This document shows, piece after piece, positions 57,501-64,000 of a stretch of DNA of 64,000 nucleotides. The notes beneath the pieces are model-generated. The model ran no database searches, had not been told where the DNA came from, and was given only the letters and a program-made list of their open reading frames with translations. Within the stretch, counting starts at the first letter, position 1. Each line of letters opens with the position of its first letter. A program made the position numbers and the translations under genes. This DNA comes from an uncultured Planctomycetota bacterium (GTDB taxonomy: Bacteria; Planctomycetota; Planctomycetia; Isosphaerales; Isosphaeraceae), in NCBI GenBank assembly GCA_963823665.1, contig CAWGMQ010000003.1, positions 32,001 to 96,000 of the forward strand. The letters are read 5' to 3'.

Positions 57501-59836
57501 ACAATCCGAGCCACCCATTGTTCATCTCCTGTCTGCTTCGAGCGGGCAGGAATGCCACACGATACCCGCACTTTCCTGGCCCAGCCTGGCCGACCTGGAC
57601 GGCGACGGACTGGACGACCTCTGGGGAGCCGTCGAGGGTAATCTCACCGCGCTTCGAGGCGAGATGCCCGAAGCCTGGCGCGCGCTTGGCGAGTATCAAC
57701 CCGCCGGCGACCTTGACGGCGACGGCTCCAGCGACGTTGTGAGCATCGACTGGACACCTCCCGGGGCAAAGCCGATTGCCACTCTCGCCACTGAGTTTGC
57801 CGTTGCCCGCTCGGGTTGCGACGGCAAGCTGCTCTGGCAGGAACTGATCTCTCCCGCCCAATCGCTCGCATCGAAATTCGACGTCCTCTCGATGCCGCCT
57901 GAGAGTCCGCCGGAGTCACTGCGCCTGGCGAGCTAACCCGATCGCGATACATCCTCGGCAACAGCCCTCGTTCCTCAGGCGACTTCGACGGCGACGGCAC
58001 ACCCGACGTCGTTATCACCACCGCGCGGTGGGAGAACTGGGCCAATCCACCGAGAGGAATCTCAGACAACCTGCCCGTCCAGCTCATCTCCGGGCGCACC
58101 GGACGGCACATCTCACAAGCGCGCGGTGTAATGAATATATGTAGTTTCGACGTATGGTCCGTCGGCCGCGACGAGCCGCCGGACATCTTCGCGCTGCACA
58201 TTGTTCCAGTCGGCGACTCAGGCATTGGCCTCCCTCGGGGGGGTATGACGGAAAAACAAGCCCGCCTGGCGCGGATCTCTGGCCGCCAGGGCGCACGCTC
58301 TGGGACGTGCCCATCGTCGAAGTAGAGAGGTTTGTGGCAACCGAGTTCTTCATCTATGCGCGCCAGGCCGGCGATCTTGATGGTGACGGCGGTCTCGACA
58401 TTGTCCTGGCGGTCGCGGCGACGTCCCCACCCGCCCGGCCAAGGGTGGAGCTGCGTGCCATCTCGCTTCATGACGGCGCGCCGCTTTGGTCTTATCCCGT
58501 CCGATTTCAGGATGCCGGATATTCGGCCTTCCTCGTGGGCGACCTGGACGGCGACGCCAAAGCCGAGGTCGTGTTGAAAGATCGGCTTGCTGACGGTGCC
58601 GCTGGTATGGAGGTCACGGCGCTCGACGGGCGCGACGGCTCGGCTCGCTGGACCTGGCGCGGCGGTGACCACTGGGACGAAAGAGCGCAGGGTCACTTGC
58701 CGTTCTGTTTGATCAACCTGGAAGGCAATGGCCGCCGCTCGGTCTGCTTGAATGCCGGCACGTCCACTGGCACGCGGCGACTCGTGATCCTCGACGCACA
58801 GGGGAAGGAGCGTGCGGCTCGTGACCTGGCGTTTTCGTCCTTCCCCAGTGTGGCGAGCATCCGCGCCGGTCGCGATGGCCGCGAAGTGATGTTAACCTGG
58901 GAAAACGGTCGTCTTCGGGCGAGCACGCCAGACCTGAAGGAACTGTGGTCGTGGCCGTGCCTGGGCTCGAACCGCGACTTCCTGCCCTTACCGTCGGGCC
59001 GGCCGGTCGTCGTGATCGAGAACCCGCTCGTCGGGATTGACGCGGCCAACGGGCGTCCAATCTGGGCCGGAGGCTTGTCGCGCTCACTGCTCGAAGATGC
59101 ACGCAACGGCAGTCTCCCCCGCGTGCTGAGCGGCCCAAAAGGCGCAACCGTTTGCCGCACTTCCCTGCCCGTCTCGCCGTCCGGCTCCTACGCATCGGTC
59201 CTGGGCGAGCCTCCCACCGCTGCACCCGTGATCGCTCGCGACGACCAGCGATGGAAACGCCACTTGCCGTGGTTGGCTCGAGGAAATGTCCTCCTGGGCA
59301 TGCTCGTTCTCGCCTTCCTCGCCTTGATCAACATCGTCGTGCCCTTGACGGTTCTGCGCTTCGCGACGCGAAAGCGCCGCGGGAGCATGATGTTGTTGCT
59401 GACCTTACCCATCGTCGTGGCGATTCCGCTGGCGACGTTCCTCGCCATGAGCAGAACATTGAAACCCCCGCTGGAGGAACCCGCAACCTGGTCTGCCATG
59501 GCACAACTGGCATTGAGCTCTCTGGGCGGCCTGCCGGTCCTGGCGTTCGCCGTGCTGGCCGGCCGTTGCTGTGTGCGCCGCCGCTCGCGACGATTGACGT
59601 GGCTGGCCGGTCTGACCGCAATTGCCTCGCTCCTGATCGCAGCGGTTTGGATGTGGTTCGACATGAAGTCAATGGTCGCGCTTGAGCACTACGCGTGGCG
59701 TGGCTGGTATCAGATCGCGCTCCCGGGCGGCTACGCCGTGGGAACACTGGCGCTCGTCGCCTGGCTCGTGTCATGCGCGTGGGGGTTGTTGAAAAGGATG
59801 TTGCGCCTGCGAGTCGCCAGCGCGAGCCCATCGTAG
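54516..59836 (+). CDS. Ser/Thr receptor kinase with TM helix, FG-GAP/PQQ-like repeats and C-terminal multi-TM domain, ~1770 aa; frame breaks near 56545, 57920 and 58295
   Basis: GRGGMG, VALK, HRDIKPSN, TDFG, GTPRYMSPE; DLDGDG repeats; joins ORFs 54516..56687, 56254..57936, 58131..58325 and 58154..59836. Confidence 0.9.
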
Positions 59837-59894
59837 GGTGGGTGAAACCCACCGTTTGCTGATTTAACCATAGGTGGGTATCACCCACCCTACG
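59833..59894. repeat. Inverted REP pair (GTAG type)
   Basis: GTAGGGTGGGTGAAACCCACC ... GGTGGGTATCACCCACCCTAC. Confidence 0.8.
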
Positions 59895-59903
59895 AGACAC
59901 ACG

Positions 59904-60491
59904 ATGAGCCAACCCGAACCCGACTCCAATCGCCCGGGCATCGCCGCGCTCGAGCGCCACAGAACCTGGCTCGGCCTGCTGGCGCGCCTGCAAGTCGACG
60001 CGCGATTTCGCGCCAAATTCGATCCCTCCGACGTCGTCCAGCAGACCTTGCTCGAAGCCGTGCGTGATTTCCGCAAGTTCCGCGGCCGCACCGAGGCCGA
60101 GCTGGCCGCGTGGCTGCGGCAGATCCTCGCGCACGTCTTGCTCCACCAGGCACGTCATTTCGCTGGCGCCGCGAGGCGCGACATCCACCGCGAAATCTCG
60201 CTGGAGCAGGCCCTGGCCGAATCATCCCGGCGCCTCGCCGATGCGCTGGCTGCTCCGATCTCTTCGCCCAGCGAGCGCGCCAGTCGCCACGAGCTCGAGC
60301 TGCGCCTGGCCGACGCCTTGTCTCGCCTCCCCGCCGATTACGCCGAGATTATTCTCTTGAGAAACGTCGAGGGCCTCTCGCACGAAGAAGCCGCCGCCAG
60401 AATGGGCCGCGGCGTCGGAGCCGTCCGCATGCTCTGGGTCCGAGCCCTCGCCCGCCTGCGCCAGGTGATGGACGTTTCTGCCGAGGAATGA
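59904..60491 (+). CDS. ECF sigma-70 factor, planctomycete subfamily (TIGR02984-like)
   Basis: KFDPSDVVQQTLLEA, FRGRTEAELAAWLRQIL, SSPS, LPADY, LWVRAL. Confidence 0.92.
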   Translation: MSQPEPDSNRPGIAALERHRTWLGLLARLQVDARFRAKFDPSDVVQQTLLEAVRDFRKFRGRTEAELAAWLRQILAHVLLHQARHFAGAARRDIHREISLEQALAESSRRLADALAAPISSPSERASRHELELRLADALSRLPADYAEIILLRNVEGLSHEEAAARMGRGVGAVRMLWVRALARLRQVMDVSAEE

Positions 60492-60594
60492 AGGGCGACC
60501 TAGTCGATCCGGGAAGAGTTTCACGCTCGCCGTCCCCTTAACATCAGAGCACAAGGGCGAAACCCATCTTTATCGGCACGGAGGCCACCGTCCC

Positions 60595-61872
60595 ATGACC
60601 CTGGCATGGTGCGTGCTTGCAATTGCCTTGGCAGGCTCGGACAAGACGCCTGCCGCCAAGGCTAGCGAACCCGAAGAAATCTGGCCAATGCGCCTTCGGG
60701 AAGCGGTGGATTTCGGCCTCCGGGAATGCCCATCCATCCGCGTGACGTTCGAGCCCGGCTGGCGTCCACTCCTTTGCTTTCCCGAAGGACCGACCGACGA
60801 GATCGGTCGCCGGCCCGTACCGAAGGGTGCCACGCCGTCATCCATCGTCGTCGAGCCGGTAGACGTCCACGCAAGCCTCCCAAATATCAAATCCGAGGTG
60901 ACCTCGAACGTTCGATCAGTCGAGCGCGAATACTGGCATCTGGCCGTGCGCCACGTCGAGCTCTGGGCAGCCGACCGGGCTGTCAATCACGCTCTCGATG
61001 TTAAAGCGGTCGAGGAAGCTTTCGGAAATCCCGCCTGCCCCCAAGACTTCGACGACTACACCACAATCCAACGGCGGCTGACACAATTCGCAAAAGACCT
61101 CCGCGATCGAACCGCCGATGTGATCGCGGCCGAGCGGCAGCTCCGCAACCTAATCGGAGTACCGGAATCTGACAACCGCCGCATCATCCCGATCACCCCA
61201 CCGGCCGAGGCGCCCCTCGCTTTCGCTTGGGGAACCTGCCTCGACAGCGTCCCAGCCAACCATTCGTTTGTACCTCGACCAAAGGCACTCTGCTGCACGC
61301 CCAAGCCAAACTTGATCGCGGCGCTCGACGAATTCGACGAGATTCCCCCGAAGCAAATCTTCCGCATCGAAGACGAGGTTTGCCTCGCACGGTGGTGCTT
61401 GGCCCTTCCGCCTCGAGCGAGTGGCTTTAGTTGTTGCTTTGGCGAACCCTCCCGGCTTCCACCCCAACCGCTGGTCTTGCTCCGAAAGCGCGCTCGCCAT
61501 TCGCCCCCGTTATTTGATCGCGCGGTACTCGAGGCACAGAGCAGTTACACGCACTATGCAACAGCGAAGCGCCTGCGAGTCACCGCCGAGGCTCAGATGG
61601 AGGCACAGCATTCCCTTTGGTACAAAGGCCTAACCTCGGCCGCTCGCTACCTCGACGCCGTCGAACAATTCACGACTGCAGTCGCAACTGCGTCGCGTGA
61701 ACTCCATGCTTTCAACCTGGCCGTTTCCGCTGTGAATCAAATTCAAGGAACCATCCTCGACCAGCACGAAATCATCGTCCAGGAGCCGACAGCGCAACAC
61801 GCCGCGTCCGACGGCGAAGCGATTAACACACGCAGCACTCGTTTCCATCTCATGGAGGAGAAGATCCAATGA
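60595..61872 (+). CDS. TolC-like outer-membrane protein, paralog 1
   Basis: WPMRLREAV, RSVEREYWHL, AERQLRNLIG..SDNRRIIP, QGTIL. Confidence 0.7.
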   Translation: MTLAWCVLAIALAGSDKTPAAKASEPEEIWPMRLREAVDFGLRECPSIRVTFEPGWRPLLCFPEGPTDEIGRRPVPKGATPSSIVVEPVDVHASLPNIKSEVTSNVRSVEREYWHLAVRHVELWAADRAVNHALDVKAVEEAFGNPACPQDFDDYTTIQRRLTQFAKDLRDRTADVIAAERQLRNLIGVPESDNRRIIPITPPAEAPLAFAWGTCLDSVPANHSFVPRPKALCCTPKPNLIAALDEFDEIPPKQIFRIEDEVCLARWCLALPPRASGFSCCFGEPSRLPPQPLVLLRKRARHSPPLFDRAVLEAQSSYTHYATAKRLRVTAEAQMEAQHSLWYKGLTSAARYLDAVEQFTTAVATASRELHAFNLAVSAVNQIQGTILDQHEIIVQEPTAQHAASDGEAINTRSTRFHLMEEKIQ

Positions 61873-63080
61873 AACTCGCATGGTGTGCGATCGCGCTGGC
61901 GCTCGCCGGTGCCGGTGAAAAGGACAAGGAAACCTGGCCCCTCACCTTACGCGACGCAATCCGAATCGGCCTCGACAATAGCGAAATTGTCCGCGTCATT
62001 TTCCAGGGCAAAGCCGCCATCCCCATCGGCAATTGCTTCGGCCCACCGTGCGCTGCAATCCCGCCCATCCCGATCGACCTTCCCAAGGGCATACAGATTG
62101 ATCGCTCGTCGCTGGTCATTGGCCGACTGAATGCCGATGTAAGCATCCCTCGCTTCGAATCCGCAGTGATGGCAGACATTCGCTCGATCAACCGCCAGTA
62201 CTGGAGCCTGGCCGAAGCCTACGCCGCGCTCTGGACAGCCGCGCAGACCGTCCACTTAGGGCAGGAAGTTGTCAGTATCGAGCAAGCGAATCTAACGCTG
62301 CCGCACGGCGGTATTGCCGACGTCGCCGAAGCCGCCCAGCGACTGGAGGCATTCCAAAAAGTTCTGGCTAGCCGAAAGACCGAAGTCCAAACCTCCGAGC
62401 GCCAGCTCCGCCAGCTCCTGGGCCTTCCCCAATCCGACAACCGCCAGATCATCCCCGTCGATCATCCGACCAAGGAACACGTCGTTTTCGACCGAACGGA
62501 ATGTCTCGAAGCCATGATGCAAGAGCAGCCCGACGTCGTCCAGCAGAAGGTAATTGTAGATCTGGCCATCCAGAAGTTGACCGAGGCGCGAAGTGCGATC
62601 AGGGCCGGTTCGACAAATCCCTTAGCTCATCGCGACAACGACGTGAAACTCGCCTCGGACCAGCCATCTCCGAGGTCGAACCATCCCCTCGCGAATACTC
62701 GCGCGGCGCAATATGCCGTGATACGCGCACAGGAATTCCTGGACCAGGTCATCCAACAAACCACGCAATCCCTGGACAGAGCCGTCCGTGAGGTCGAGAC
62801 CGAATGCCAAGGCTACGCAAAAACCAGACGCTTGCGAAGTGCGGCTGAAAAGCGCCTCGAAGTGCAGCGAGCATACTGGGAAGAACGCCGGATCACTGCC
62901 GACCGTTACCTTGACGCCGTCGAGCAATACACCACTCTCCTGACCAGCGAGCAACACCACCTGGCCGCCTACAACGCCGCCCTCGCCGTCGTGAGCGAAT
63001 GCAAAGGCACCCTGCTCGAAGATCAAAACATCGTCGTAACCGAGTTCTATCCCGTTGCCCGTGCAAGAGCCCACCCGTAG
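61869..63080 (+). CDS. TolC-like outer-membrane protein, paralog 2
   Basis: WPLTLRDAIRIGLDNSEIVRVI, QYWSL, ERQLRQLLG..SDNRQIIP, DRYLDAV, KGTLL; ATGA overlap. Confidence 0.78.
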   Translation: MKLAWCAIALALAGAGEKDKETWPLTLRDAIRIGLDNSEIVRVIFQGKAAIPIGNCFGPPCAAIPPIPIDLPKGIQIDRSSLVIGRLNADVSIPRFESAVMADIRSINRQYWSLAEAYAALWTAAQTVHLGQEVVSIEQANLTLPHGGIADVAEAAQRLEAFQKVLASRKTEVQTSERQLRQLLGLPQSDNRQIIPVDHPTKEHVVFDRTECLEAMMQEQPDVVQQKVIVDLAIQKLTEARSAIRAGSTNPLAHRDNDVKLASDQPSPRSNHPLANTRAAQYAVIRAQEFLDQVIQQTTQSLDRAVREVETECQGYAKTRRLRSAAEKRLEVQRAYWEERRITADRYLDAVEQYTTLLTSEQHHLAAYNAALAVVSECKGTLLEDQNIVVTEFYPVARARAHP

Positions 63081-63099
63081 GTCAGGCTTTAGCCTGACG
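63077..63099 (+). repeat. GTAG-type REP-like palindrome overlapping a stop codon
   Basis: GTAGGTCAGGCTTTAGCCTGACG. Confidence 0.7.
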
Positions 63100-63220
63100 A
63101 TTCTCATCGCACAAGCGATCCCCGATCCGCAGCTCATCGCCCACAATTGATTCTCCCGCGCCACCCATGTATCCTCAGCGAAAAGTCCTTCACGTTCACC
63201 ATTGAGTCCGCGCCACACCA

Positions 63221-64000
63221 ATGTCTCGCACCCGCCCCCAGCTCCGCCTCTTCGATCTGGTGATGTGGGTCACATTGTCCGCATTGGTCCTCGCCTTCGC
63301 CCGCGAAATCTGGCAAATTCCCGGGCGGGCTGACAGTTTTAGCGGGTCCGTCATCTTCGTGTGCGTCGGCTTCGGCGTCTGGTTCGTCGTTTGGTCAACT
63401 GTTCGCGCAAAGCGCACTGGCCCCATTTGCCAGGAATGCGGGCGGCGATTCTTTGCGCACGGCCAACTGGCGAATTCGACCCTCTGCGCACGATGCCGGG
63501 CAGCGTCGCTGCCGCGCGTGCAAGGTCGTCACGAACAGCTCGTCGCGTGGCTGGCGATCCTTTTTGCCATGACCGTCCTGATGTCCCTGATCGGCCTCCC
63601 GTTCTGGAATCCACTCGTCGCCAGAGCCGGCCTATTCTCCTGGATTCTCTATCCATTACTCGCCTTTGGCGCAGTCCTGGGCCTGCTCGTGGCGCTCTTC
63701 GCCACGGGTACGATCGTCATCGCCATTCGGAACTGGCGTCTGCGATTCGAGAGGCCCGTCCTCGCCTGGGCCCGGAAGTGTGCCCGCGAGGAAGGAACAA
63801 TCGCGCGGATCGGCCCGTTAACCATCTGGTGGTCCGGCCCCATCGATCCCGTTCCGCTTGTAACCGAGCAGATGGAAACAATTTGCAAGCGTTTCGAGCG
63901 ATTGGTCGATCAACCGGTCGACGCGCCAGCGCTGCGCGTGCTGGTCTTCCACCAGCGCCGAGCGTTCACCGCCTTCCACCGAAACGTCGTCGCTGATACC
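63221..64000 (+). CDS. Membrane protein with C4 Zn-finger (runs off window end; missing from the ORF track)
   Basis: Manual translation MSRTRPQLRLFDLVMWVTLSALVLAF...CQECG...CARC..., four hydrophobic segments, frame open to the end. Confidence 0.75.
   Translation, partial: MSRTRPQLRLFDLVMWVTLSALVLAFAREIWQIPGRADSFSGSVIFVCVGFGVWFVVWSTVRAKRTGPICQECGRRFFAHGQLANSTLCARCRAASLPRVQGRHEQLVAWLAILFAMTVLMSLIGLPFWNPLVARAGLFSWILYPLLAFGAVLGLLVALFATGTIVIAIRNWRLRFERPVLAWARKCAREEGTIARIGPLTIWWSGPIDPVPLVTEQMETICKRFERLVDQPVDAPALRVLVFHQRRAFTAFHRNVVADT

Overview
High-GC bacterial window, almost certainly Planctomycetota (DUF1501 + PSD1/PSCyt pair, planctomycete-type ECF sigma with a Ser/Thr kinase, planctomycete TolC-like proteins); Isosphaeraceae-like is my inference. 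Many genes, including prfA, prmC and lon, are split by single-base frame breaks. These look like long-read or assembly indels, so split ORFs are reported as joined genes with approximate breakpoints. 1-30 kb is mostly core: hisE tail, mnmA, trypsin protease, GtrA fusion, GT39-like proteins, D-2-hydroxyacid dehydrogenase, extended DsbD, phosphatase, kinase, prmC-prfA-rpmE, two thioredoxin-fold proteins, DUF2752, DUF374, lon, M50 protease, GNAT, gluconolactonase, dapF. 30-64 kb is more accessory. The best candidate for a new system is a ~1120-aa SIR2-type NADase fused to 16 near-identical 123-bp (41-aa) TPR-like repeats that vary mainly on one helix face; it sits next to a broken ECF sigma remnant. 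Other notable items: a beta-sandwich + NDT/TIR-like fusion, an apparently circularly permuted alkaline phosphatase, a Zn-finger-ankyrin protein, a multicopper-oxidase remnant, a kinase-less paralog directly upstream of a giant FG-GAP receptor kinase and its ECF sigma, and several REP-like families. No tRNA, rRNA, CRISPR array, integrase or transposase was seen. All family calls are from motif recognition by eye, not database searches.
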